Below, piece after piece: positions 18,179 through 26,913 of a stretch of 41,196 bases of DNA. The translations under genes were made by a program, and so were the position numbers. Positions within the stretch are counted from its first letter, which is position 1, and every line of letters starts with the position of its first letter. The notes beneath the pieces were generated by a model. The model saw nothing but the letters and a program-made list of their open reading frames with translations. It ran no database searches and had not been told where the DNA came from. The DNA is from an uncultured Fibrobacterota bacterium (GTDB lineage Bacteria > Fibrobacterota > Chitinivibrionia > Chitinivibrionales > FEN-1185): assembly GCA_963753345.1 (NCBI GenBank), contig CAVWBU010000030.1, positions 1 to 41,196 of the forward strand, written 5' to 3'.

Positions 18179-19720
18179 ATGCTCGCCAAACTCCGCTCCA
18201 TGTCCGTCATGGGCATCGAGGCGTTCGAAATAGCGATTGAGGCCGACATCACCGACATGCTGCCGAGTTTCGCCATTGTGGGCCTGCCCGATGGCGCGGT
18301 GCGCGAGAGCAAGGAGCGCGTGATGTCGGCCATCAAGAACTGCGGATACGAATTCCCGGACCGCAAGGTGACCATCAACATGGCGCCCGCCGACGTCAAG
18401 AAGGAAGGCTCGGCCTTCGATGTTCCCATCGCGCTCGGGCTCCTTGCTGCCTCGGACCAGGCGATTGTGGGCCGGGCCGAGGACTATATCATTGTGGGCG
18501 AGCTGTCGCTTGACGGATCGGTAAAGCGCGTGAAGGGCATGCTGTCCATGGCCATCTGCGCCCGCGACCTGGGTGCAAAGGGCATGATCGTCCCGCGCGA
18601 AAACGCCGAGGAGGCTGCAGTGGCCGAAGGGCTGGACATCTTCCCGGTGTCTTCGCTCACCGAGGTCATCGAGTTCCTTTCGGGCGCGAAAACCATGGAG
18701 CCGTTCCGGATAGACCTTGCGGAACTGTTCAACCGCTCGCGCGAATATTCCATTGATTTTCGTGATGTCAAGGGACAGGAGCACGCGAAGCGGGCGCTGC
18801 TTGTGGCAGCGTCGGGCGGGCACAACATTATAATGGTAGGGAGCCCGGGAACCGGAAAGACCATGCTGTCGAGGCGGCTGCCCACCATTCTGCCCGATCT
18901 CACCCTCGACGAGGCGCTCGAGACCACCAAGATTCATTCCGTGGCGGGCATGCTTGACAAAAGCACTCCGCTCCTCGCCACGCGGCCGTTCCGTTCGCCG
19001 CACCACACCATTTCCGACGCGGGACTCATCGGCGGCGGGTCGTACCCCCGGCCGGGCGAGGTAAGCCTGTCGCATCACGGCGTGCTGTTTCTCGACGAAC
19101 TGCCCGAATTCACGAAGAATGTCCTTGAAAACCTTCGGCAACCGCTCGAAGACGGGAAGGTGACCATCTCGCGCGCCGCGACGTCGCTGTGCTACCCGGC
19201 GCGCTTCATGCTCGCGGCCGCGCTCAATCCATGTCCCTGCGGTTACTACACCGACCCGCGCCACACGTGCACCTGCCTGCCGCAGCAGATCCAGAAGTAT
19301 ATGTCGCGCATTTCGGGCCCGCTTCTTGACAGAATAGACATCCACGTGGAGGTCCCTGCCCTGTCGTACGAAGAGCTGGCCCAGAAGAAGCCGGGGGAGG
19401 ACTCGGCGTCGATGCGGCAGAAGGTGGCTGCCGCCCGGGCGCGGCAGACGGAGCGGTTTACCGGCGAGAAGAAGATTTTCTGCAACGCTCACATGGAGTC
19501 GAGGCATATCAGAAAATTCTGCGAGCTGTCCGCAGATTCACAGTCCATGCTCAAAATGGCTATCGAAAAGCTCGGGCTCTCGGCCCGGGCCTACGACCGC
19601 ATCCTCAAGGTCGCCCGCACTATTGCCGATCTCGACGGCCAGAGTTCGATCGCGTCCCCGCACATCGCAGAGGCGATCCAGTACAGAAGCCTTGACAGAA
19701 AATTATGGATGGGCGGTTAG
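18179..19720 (+). CDS. comM: YifB/ComM family Mg-chelatase-like AAA+ ATPase
   Basis: IVGLPD.AVRES.ERV, GSPGTGKT, RPFRSPHHT, GVLFLDELPEF, NPCPCG, SGPLLDRID, LSARAYDRILKVARTIADL. Confidence 0.95.
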   Translation: MLAKLRSMSVMGIEAFEIAIEADITDMLPSFAIVGLPDGAVRESKERVMSAIKNCGYEFPDRKVTINMAPADVKKEGSAFDVPIALGLLAASDQAIVGRAEDYIIVGELSLDGSVKRVKGMLSMAICARDLGAKGMIVPRENAEEAAVAEGLDIFPVSSLTEVIEFLSGAKTMEPFRIDLAELFNRSREYSIDFRDVKGQEHAKRALLVAASGGHNIIMVGSPGTGKTMLSRRLPTILPDLTLDEALETTKIHSVAGMLDKSTPLLATRPFRSPHHTISDAGLIGGGSYPRPGEVSLSHHGVLFLDELPEFTKNVLENLRQPLEDGKVTISRAATSLCYPARFMLAAALNPCPCGYYTDPRHTCTCLPQQIQKYMSRISGPLLDRIDIHVEVPALSYEELAQKKPGEDSASMRQKVAAARARQTERFTGEKKIFCNAHMESRHIRKFCELSADSQSMLKMAIEKLGLSARAYDRILKVARTIADLDGQSSIASPHIAEAIQYRSLDRKLWMGG

Positions 19721-19853
19721 CGGGCGGACTCGAGGTTTTGGCAAACGGGGTATATGCTCCACCCTGTCACATCGCCGGATTTATTTTCTCCCACAATAAA
19801 GCCGTTGCATCATCGAGCGTTAAAATACGGGCTTTCAATTGTGGAAGTTTGCA

Positions 19854-20072
19854 ATGGACATCATGGTTGAAACCTATTCCGGCTACAAGGCCGACGAATA
19901 CCCGCTCAGGTTTACCGTCGAGGGGCGGAAATTCTCGGTGATTTCCGTGGAGGACCGATGGTACGGTCCCGAATGTTCGTATTTCCGGGTCTTTGCAGAC
20001 GACGGGAACACGCACATCCTTAAACAGATTCCCGGCAACAACCAGTGGCAGATTATCACGCCGGACAGTTGA
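19854..20072 (+). CDS. Small conserved hypothetical protein
   Basis: VETYSGYKADEYPLRF...VEDRWYGP..YFRV.ADDG looks like a widespread ~70-aa hypothetical family; codon usage fits the host. Confidence 0.7.
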   Translation: MDIMVETYSGYKADEYPLRFTVEGRKFSVISVEDRWYGPECSYFRVFADDGNTHILKQIPGNNQWQIITPDS

Positions 20073-20152
20073 CCTGGTCGATTTCAATTTCAAGTCACTA
20101 AAATTCGTTGGTGGGTGAGTCCCAGCCTGTCTCAAAACTCAAAAGAAGATCT

Positions 20153-20591
20153 GGGCGCCCCGCCGCTTTGCGGCGGCGGCCCTCCTTCCAGGCTCGGCCT
20201 TCCGCCTCGTTGCCGCCTGCCACAAGGGCCCTTCGGGCCGTGGTCAGGCGACAATGCGCTCCAGCGCACCTTCCAGTCCGGCCTGGCGCGCGGCAACGGG
20301 AATCTATTCTGTCAATTTGTTTTCTTGCGCCAATTGGCATTCGCAACATAGTATTCAGCGCATTCACTTTGCATTTCAAACTATTCAACGTTTCAACTAT
20401 TCAACTTTTCAACGCTTTTTCTTCTCAACTTCTCAACTACTCTTCTCTGTGCCCCCGCAGCCGAAGCTTCTTTCTTGCAAATCAACTTACTTAGGGGCTA
20501 CCCAGGAGGGGAGCGCCCGCCCAACAGGAAGGGCGGAAAGCGCCGGAGGACGCGCAGGCGGCCGGAGGCAGGGGGATACTTCCCCCACCAA
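20153..20591 (+). repeat. Bipartite structured intergenic element, copy 3 (A 20153-20289, B 20491-20591)
   Basis: GGGCGCCCC..GGCCCTCCTTCCAGGCTCGGCC..CTTCCAGTCCGGCCTGGCGC, then CCCAGGAGGGG..GGGGGATACTTCCCCCACCAA. Confidence 0.88.
20375..20441. repeat. Degenerate 8-bp tandem repeats (TTCAACTA/TTCAACTT-like)
   Basis: ttcaaactattcaacgtttcaactattcaacttttcaacg...tctcaacttctcaact. Confidence 0.65.
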
Positions 20592-20795
20592 GATGTCTTG
20601 TCGAAGAGCAAATTATTTGAGACAATTCTTACACGTTTCTTACCCGAATCTTACTCTAAAATATCACACAATCTCATCTCATAGCTCTGCTATAAAGCTT
20701 TATTTAAATGTTCATGAATATCGGTCGCACTGCTGCCGCGGCGAGGTCCCGCATGGAATCGGCCATGATCCGTTGCAGTTGATAACATCCCCCTT

Positions 20796-20842
20796 ACACA
20801 AGATGTTGTGGGAGGTCTTTTTCAGATACCATCCTGTTGTGG
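20796..20842. promoter_or_regulatory. Candidate tandem NrdR boxes
   Basis: ACACAAGATGTTGTGG (20796-20811) and TACCATCCTGTTGTGG (20827-20842), 31 bp apart; consensus acaCwAtATaTwGtg. Confidence 0.45.
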
Positions 20843-21038
20843 GGGCTTGGTTTACGGGGCGCGCCATGGCGTCCGGCACGCCGCCCCCTCTGAAAATGCT
20901 TGACTTGCGGGAAGTAATGGTTGACAAAACCGCATTCCGCCACGGGAGATTTTCAAATGCGAACGCCCCCGCCCTGCATTTTCATGGGGAAGGCGGGCCG
21001 ATTTCCCTCGGAAACGGGGAAAAAAATATTAAAATTAT

Positions 21039-21067
21039 TTGACTCGCCCTCCGGGAAATAGTATAAA
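21039..21067 (+). promoter_or_regulatory. Sigma70-type promoter of the SWIB gene
   Basis: TTGACT-N17-TATAAA with an A/T-rich UP element upstream; RBS AAGGAGG before ATG 21118. Confidence 0.7.
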
Positions 21068-21117
21068 TAGGGTAGCCTTTACGGTTCTTTCACCACCACT
21101 TTCAAGGAGGTTTAACA

Positions 21118-21378
21118 ATGGCAAAGCGTAAACCAAACCCGGCTTTTATGAAGCCGATGACGCCCGACGCGGCTCTTGCCGCGGTAGTCGGAAGCAAGGC
21201 AATGCCCCGCACCGAGATCACCAAGAAGCTCTGGGCATACATCAAGAAAAACAAGCTTCAGGACAAGGTGAACAGGAGAAACATCAATGCCGATGATAAC
21301 CTGAAGGTTGTGTTCGGCGGCAAGAAGACGGTGAGCATGTTCGAGATGACGAAATTGGTTTCGAAGCATTTCGACTGA
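21118..21378 (+). CDS. Stand-alone SWIB/MDM2 domain protein
   Basis: LAAVVG..PRTEITKKLWAYIKKNKLQD..NRRNI.AD..L..VFGG..VSMFEM signature. Confidence 0.95.
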   Translation: MAKRKPNPAFMKPMTPDAALAAVVGSKAMPRTEITKKLWAYIKKNKLQDKVNRRNINADDNLKVVFGGKKTVSMFEMTKLVSKHFD

Positions 21379-21402
21379 TCCGTCTTTGATTGCAGAGTGC
21401 TG

Positions 21403-21432
21403 GCCCCGGCATGGCATCGCCGGGGCTTTCTT
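21403..21432 (+). terminator. Rho-independent terminator after the SWIB gene
   Basis: GCCCCGGC-loop-GCCGGGGC followed by TTTCTT. Confidence 0.7.
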
Positions 21433-21611
21433 ATTTTCCGGCCATCCAAGAAAACGAGCATTAACCTGGGTAAATTGTTATATTATAGGTCGGCTATCAA
21501 CGTTACTAAATCGATTAAACGGATCGGTTTCGATTCGGCCCGGCTGAAAAGAAAATTCCATCGGGGGGCCTCATGTTCAACTTCCATTTCAAGAAAGGGG
21601 AGGCGAAGGGT

Positions 21612-23207
21612 ATGAAACCAGCGCTTTTTTCTCTGCGATCTGTTGAAAAATCTTTGATGCTCTGCGCGGCATTAACGATTGTGTTGGGAGCTTTCCTCGA
21701 CGCGTCTGCACTTGGGAGAAGGCAGCTGCACTGCGGTACCGGAGGGAACATCCTTGACGAATCTGGAAATGTTGTCACCCTGAAAGGGTTTGGTCTGGGA
21801 GACTGGCTCATGACCGAAGGGTATATGTGGGGCATCACGAGCAAGAGCTATGATGCGCCGCGGGAAATGGAGGCGGGCATCATCAGTCTTGTGGGCGATT
21901 CCGCTACCGCAAAACAGTTCTGGAAGCTGTATCACGATAATTACACTACGACAAAAGATTTTTGCGCCATGAAAGCATGGGGGTGCAATGCCGTACGTGT
22001 CGGGTTCAACGCAAATCTGATACAGCCCCGCGACGGGCAGCCGGCTTCGGCTCCTTACATTTACGATCCCGAAGGCTGGAGGATAATGGACAGTGTCGTT
22101 TCCTATTGCACCGCCAATCAATTATGGCTCATCTGGGACATGCACGGTGCGCCCGGCGGCCAGAGCGCGGACAACATCGCCGATGCCGACGGGACTGCCA
22201 GACTGTGGACTCAGCCGACCGTTTACCAGCCCAGGGCCATAGATTTGTGGATGCAGATCGTTCGGAGATACGCGAACAACGACTGGGTCATCGGTTACAA
22301 CCTTCTTAACGAGCCCTTGCTCAACACCTATGGACTCGACCGGATGTTACTGCGGAACTTCTATGTCCAATTGACCGACTCGATACGAACAGTGGACAAC
22401 AAGGGGCTGCTCTTTATCGATGGGGACAACTACGCTCAGAATTTCACCGATCTTACGCCGCCATGGGATGCTCAGATCGTCTACGATTTCCACTGCTATC
22501 CGCCGTGCTGTTCCTATTTCGGGCTTGACGCCTTTGCCACACAGTACGGGACGCCGTTCTGGCATGGAGAGACCGGGGAATCCGGAGCAACTGACCCGTA
22601 CGCTCAGTATACCAACTGCGTAACCCAGCTCGAATCGCACAATCCGCCCATCGGTTGGTCCTGGTGGACCATCAAGAAGTTCAACAATGTCACCCAGCCT
22701 TGGGACGTCATCAGGACGCCCGGTTTTCAAACCATCATAAGTTACTGGAACAACGGCGGCACAGCGCCCTCTGCCGACAGTGCAAAGAAATGGCTGCTTG
22801 ACATGGCGGTAAGGACCAATTCGGACAGTACCGCGAACGTCACCTATTTGCCGGACCTCGTAAAGTCGCTCAAGCTCAGCCAGAACAACAAATGCGTCGT
22901 GGCCGCGCAGCCATACCACAAAAGCCCGGCACCCATGGGCCTTGCACTCAACCAGCGCGTGGTTCCCAATTCCCAGGTCGTCATATCCTTTACGCTTCCG
23001 GCTTCCGCGCCGGTTACTATCAGCATTTTCGATCTTGGCGGCAGGCTTGAGAAGACCCTTGCCAACCAGACCATGGCGGCCGGAAAACAGTACGTGGCAT
23101 GGGACCGGACAAACCTCGCCGGAAAGAAAGTCGCCAGCGGCGTGTATTTCTTCACCTTCACAATGGGCGACAACAGGGTTTCGCGCCATTTTGTGCTCGC
23201 GAAATAG
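21612..23207 (+). CDS. Glycoside hydrolase family 5 with FlgD/T9SS-like C-terminal domain
   Basis: Signal peptide; DMHGAPGGQ, NEP (acid/base), FHCY, GETGE (nucleophile), GWSWW; C-terminal WD.T..G..VASGVYF. Confidence 0.92.
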   Translation: MKPALFSLRSVEKSLMLCAALTIVLGAFLDASALGRRQLHCGTGGNILDESGNVVTLKGFGLGDWLMTEGYMWGITSKSYDAPREMEAGIISLVGDSATAKQFWKLYHDNYTTTKDFCAMKAWGCNAVRVGFNANLIQPRDGQPASAPYIYDPEGWRIMDSVVSYCTANQLWLIWDMHGAPGGQSADNIADADGTARLWTQPTVYQPRAIDLWMQIVRRYANNDWVIGYNLLNEPLLNTYGLDRMLLRNFYVQLTDSIRTVDNKGLLFIDGDNYAQNFTDLTPPWDAQIVYDFHCYPPCCSYFGLDAFATQYGTPFWHGETGESGATDPYAQYTNCVTQLESHNPPIGWSWWTIKKFNNVTQPWDVIRTPGFQTIISYWNNGGTAPSADSAKKWLLDMAVRTNSDSTANVTYLPDLVKSLKLSQNNKCVVAAQPYHKSPAPMGLALNQRVVPNSQVVISFTLPASAPVTISIFDLGGRLEKTLANQTMAAGKQYVAWDRTNLAGKKVASGVYFFTFTMGDNRVSRHFVLAK

Positions 23208-23230
23208 GTACTTCTCCTACGTCTCTCGGT

Positions 23231-23263
23231 AAAAACGGGCGGAGATCCTCCGCCCGTTTTTTT
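23231..23263 (+). terminator. Rho-independent (bidirectional-type) terminator
   Basis: AAAAA-CGGGCGGAG-ATC-CTCCGCCCG-TTTTTTT. Confidence 0.88.
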
Positions 23264-23368
23264 GTGCAGCCGTCTTTTCTCTTCTCCGTCCCCCGAAATC
23301 CCTTCTCGAAACGTATATTAATCGTTCGTACTGCCCCCTTTCCGGCGGCACAACCAACAGGAGGCTTC

Positions 23369-24262
23369 GTGCAGAAAAACATTCCAGTGCTTTTTGTCAA
23401 TGAGCGCACGCTTGCCGAAGCGTATGAAAAAGCGCTGGTGACCCTGTATGCCCGCGGCGCCCGGCTCAAGACCCAGTACGACAAGCCCGCCGATCCGCCG
23501 TCCATCGACGCGACCATGAACATCACCATTCTTGAACCCCTGTGCGATCCCATGATACACAAGGCCTTTCCCGGCGGCATCGACGACCTCAAGGAATATG
23601 CCATGGAAATCTGCGGCGTCAAGGACCACTGGGTGAAGAACATCAACGACCCAAAGGACACGCGCTGGGAGTACACCTATCACGGCAGGCTTGAAGCCTA
23701 CGGCGCGTGGCGCGAGCTTTCCGGCGGATCGTCGCGGGAGGCCGGGTTCTTTAAAATCAATCAGATCGAGAAGGTGATCGAAAAACTTGCCGCGCAGCCC
23801 TACACGCGCCAGGCGCAGATGATAACGTGGATGCCCAACCTCGATTTCGACTGCTACGATCCTCCGTGCCTGCAGTCGCTGTGGTATCGCATCATGGAAG
23901 ATGATGCCGGCGTGCAATGGCTCAACTGCAACGTGCGTTTCCGAAGCAACGACGCGTGGGGCGCAAACTTTATGAACATGTTCGGCTTCACGCTGTTCAA
24001 CCGCGACGTGATCGCGGCGGGCGTGGCGAAGCGCACCGGCAAGCGCGTTGAGCTAGGCCGTCTCAACTGGCACGCCGACTCGTGGCACATTTACGGAAAG
24101 GACATCGAAAACGCGAAGCAGCAGTTATTTGACAGAATAGATTCAATGACCTTTGAGGAGCGGACCTATAATTTCCACGATCCCTTCATCCAGGAGATGT
24201 TCAACGAGGCCGAGGCGAAGGTGATCAGTAAGATTCGGGAATATGATGAAAGCCATAAATAA
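23369..24262 (+). CDS. Thymidylate synthase (ThyA fold, archaeal-like)
   Basis: YTYHGRL, NQIE, PPCLQ catalytic Cys, FRSND, Asn eight residues after the Asp, HIY. GTG start with RBS AGGAGG. Confidence 0.85.
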   Translation: MQKNIPVLFVNERTLAEAYEKALVTLYARGARLKTQYDKPADPPSIDATMNITILEPLCDPMIHKAFPGGIDDLKEYAMEICGVKDHWVKNINDPKDTRWEYTYHGRLEAYGAWRELSGGSSREAGFFKINQIEKVIEKLAAQPYTRQAQMITWMPNLDFDCYDPPCLQSLWYRIMEDDAGVQWLNCNVRFRSNDAWGANFMNMFGFTLFNRDVIAAGVAKRTGKRVELGRLNWHADSWHIYGKDIENAKQQLFDRIDSMTFEERTYNFHDPFIQEMFNEAEAKVISKIREYDESHK

Positions 24263-24274
24263 TAGTCTGAATTA

Positions 24275-24693
24275 TTGGTGGGGGAAGTGTCCCCCTGGCC
24301 CCCGGCTGCCGCCGCACCCCGGAAAGCCCTTTACAAATGCACCTCAAGGTGCGGCGTCGATCCGGGGGCACACCCCCTCCTGGGTGCACCCCAAGTGGAA
24401 GTAGTGGCAGAACCAAACACCTGTGTGGGGGCACCCACGAAGAGTAGTGGATTGATGATTGCGGAATGCGGATTGAAGACAGGCATCTGCATTTACTTAT
24501 TCGAGAATTCCGATTGGCGCAAGATAAATAAATTGACGGAACAGATTTCCTCTGCCGCGCGTTAGGCAGGACTGTAGGCCGCGCTGGAGCGCGGTGCTGC
24601 CTGACCACGGCCCGCAGGGCCTTTGTGGCAGGCAGCCCGAGGCCGGAGGCCGAGACCGGAAGGACGGCCGACCCCGCGAAGCGGGGGAACGCC
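24275..24693 (-). repeat. Bipartite structured intergenic element, copy 4 (A 24559-24693, B 24275-24394)
   Basis: Minus strand GGCGTTCCCC..GGCCGTCCTTCCGGTCTCGGCC..CCTACAGTCCTGCCTAACGC, then CCCAGGAGGGGG..GGGGGACACTTCCCCCACCAA. Confidence 0.88.
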
Positions 24694-24726
24694 AAGCTCT
24701 TTTTCTAAACCCAGTATGATTTACAA

Positions 24727-25146
24727 ATGAAACAAGCTCTCTTCGAAAACTTAACCGGACATTTCCTCGACGGAACGCCCGTGGAAAGCGTTCCTTCGGC
24801 GTCCCGCGGCATTGTGTCGATCATGGATCACCTGAGCCGGCTGTTCAACACACGGGAAGGCAGCCTGCACCTTGAGGGCTACGGCCTGCCCGACATATCG
24901 GAAATCTACCGGAAAATGCCGCACGGCATTGAGGAACTGCAGAAGGCGATCAAGCGGACCGTGGAGAAATACGAGCCACGGTTGACAAAGGTGAAGGTGA
25001 CGCCGCGGGAAACCGATCCGAAGGATTTCCGGCTGGTCTTTATTCTTTCGGCCGAGCTTGCCGAAGGCGGAGGGCTGGTCCGTTTCCAGACCACGTTCAC
25101 GAGCACCGGAAACTCCTCGATAGCCCCCTGGAAGAAAACGGAGTAA
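24727..25146 (+). CDS. tssE: T6SS baseplate subunit TssE (gp25-like)
   Basis: SIMDHLSRLFNTREG..YGLPD..YEPRL motif; upstream of tssF. Confidence 0.92.
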   Translation: MKQALFENLTGHFLDGTPVESVPSASRGIVSIMDHLSRLFNTREGSLHLEGYGLPDISEIYRKMPHGIEELQKAIKRTVEKYEPRLTKVKVTPRETDPKDFRLVFILSAELAEGGGLVRFQTTFTSTGNSSIAPWKKTE

Positions 25147-25149
25147 CAG

Positions 25150-26913
25150 ATGATTGACAAATACTATGAAGAGGAACTTCGGTATCTGTACGAATCCGGG
25201 AGGGAATTCGCCAGGGCCCATCCCGACCGCGCGCAGTTCCTCAACGTTGACGCCGTGGGGGACCGCGACCCGTACGTGGAGCGCCTGTTCGAGGGGTTCG
25301 CGTTCCTCGCCGCACGCATCCGCGAAAAACTCGACGATTCGTTCCCGGAACTCACCGAGGGCCTGTTCAACCTCATGTGGCCGGGGCTGCTGCAGGAAAT
25401 CCCGTCTGTCGCCATTGTCCAGTTCAAGGCCAGGACCGGGCTTCTGCAGGAGACGCGCGTGCTGCCGCGGGGGGCCGAGCTGTTGAGCGGCAGCGTGGGA
25501 GCGGAAGGCGCCGTCTGCCGCTTCACCACCACGGCCGATGTGCGGCTGAGCCCCGTTTCGCTTGCCGCGGTCGCCAAGACGGTTGACACAAAAGGAAAGG
25601 CGTCGCTTGAGTTCCGCTTCGACCTCGAGCGGGGCGCAGCGCTGTCAAAACTCGCTCTTTCGCCGCTCCGGCTGTACCTGCACGCGGAAATGCCCACGGC
25701 GCTCATGCTGCACGAATTCCTCACGCGCCATGTCGTCGCTGCGCGCATCGAAACCGGGGACGGCGCCCTGTCGTGCGACGCGCGCGACGCGCGCGGAGCG
25801 CGGGCTATAACGCCGGGCGGGCTTGCGGAAGGCGAATCGATAGGGCCGCGGCCGCCGCGCGCGTTTTCCGGATTTTCGCTTCTTCTGGAGTATTTCGTAT
25901 ACCCGGAAAAATTCCTGTTCGTCGACCTTGCCGGGTTCGAAAACCTGCCTGCCGCAGAAAAATCGCCGACGTCGCTCAAATACTCGATCACGTTCGACCG
26001 GGACTTCCCGGCGGACAAGCCGTTTTCAAAAGAGAATTTCAGGCTGTTCTGCGCGCCGGCGGCCAACATCTTTCGGAAGGACGCGGAGCCGGTGTTCGTA
26101 AGCGGTCTTGAAACCGAATACCGGGTGATCGCCGACGCGAACTATCCTGCGTCGATGCGCTGTCACAGTATAATATCGGTGGAAGGAATAGAACGAGCCA
26201 CGGGCAGGCGCTCGGCCTACGCGCCGCAGTATTCGTTCGACATGGGCACGGGCCGGCCGCGCACGTTTGCGACGCAGTACCGGCTTGCGGCCGACGGAAG
26301 GCGCGATATGTATGTCACCCTCGGCGGCGACATGCTCGGCGGCGCCGCGCCGTCCGACATTCGCGAGGAGACGCTTTCGATAGAAGCATGGTGCACCAAC
26401 GGGATGCTGCCGCGCGAGGAGGTCCGCGATGGCGGCATCACCAATCCCGGCGTGGGTTTTCCCGACTATGTTTCGTTCACCAACATCACGCGGCCCACGC
26501 TCCCCGCGCTGCCGCCGAACAACGGTGAGTATCTGTGGATGTGCATCTCCCAGCTCGGATCAACCTTCACCACGCTTTCGTCGCCCGACGCGTTCAGGGC
26601 GCTTCTCCGCCTGTACGACTGGTCGAACAGCGAAGGCCGCGCGCGGCGCATTGCCGCGGTTGCCGACGTGTCGTCCAGGCCCGTTGAGCGCATCGTGAAC
26701 GGGTCCGTGCTCCGTGGCGTTGAGTTTACGGTGTCGCTCGCCGAATCGGAGTTCCTTGACGTGGGCGACGTGCACCTCTTTGGACTCGTTCTGAAGGAGG
26801 TGCTGTCGCAGTATGTGTCCGTCAACACGTTTCTCGACCTCGTGTTCGTGCTCACGCCGACCGGAACGGTGATGCGGTGGGACTCGCTGGAGGGAAAAAA
26901 GTGGCTGATCTGA
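25150..26913 (+). CDS. tssF: T6SS baseplate subunit TssF
   Basis: YYEEELRYL..GREFA.AHP, DPYVERLFEGFAFL, LLEYF.YPEKFLF, L.C.PA.N.F, CTNG.LP, Y.SVNTF. Confidence 0.96.
   Translation: MIDKYYEEELRYLYESGREFARAHPDRAQFLNVDAVGDRDPYVERLFEGFAFLAARIREKLDDSFPELTEGLFNLMWPGLLQEIPSVAIVQFKARTGLLQETRVLPRGAELLSGSVGAEGAVCRFTTTADVRLSPVSLAAVAKTVDTKGKASLEFRFDLERGAALSKLALSPLRLYLHAEMPTALMLHEFLTRHVVAARIETGDGALSCDARDARGARAITPGGLAEGESIGPRPPRAFSGFSLLLEYFVYPEKFLFVDLAGFENLPAAEKSPTSLKYSITFDRDFPADKPFSKENFRLFCAPAANIFRKDAEPVFVSGLETEYRVIADANYPASMRCHSIISVEGIERATGRRSAYAPQYSFDMGTGRPRTFATQYRLAADGRRDMYVTLGGDMLGGAAPSDIREETLSIEAWCTNGMLPREEVRDGGITNPGVGFPDYVSFTNITRPTLPALPPNNGEYLWMCISQLGSTFTTLSSPDAFRALLRLYDWSNSEGRARRIAAVADVSSRPVERIVNGSVLRGVEFTVSLAESEFLDVGDVHLFGLVLKEVLSQYVSVNTFLDLVFVLTPTGTVMRWDSLEGKKWLI

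Noticed and set aside
18119-19507. Long antisense ORFs (e.g. opposite comM, lipA, the helicase)
   Set aside because: Shadow ORFs expected from high-GC codon bias; no recognisable domains.
20778-20786. GTTGATAAC DnaA-box-like 9-mer in a long non-coding region
   Set aside because: Single degenerate box, no cluster and no origin-associated genes.
4489-24693. Repeated element as a CRISPR array, group II intron, RNase P RNA or tmRNA
   Set aside because: Copies are dispersed with no repeat-spacer periodicity. No GTGCG start or domain V, no RNase P GAGGAAAGTCC motif, no tRNA-like ends.
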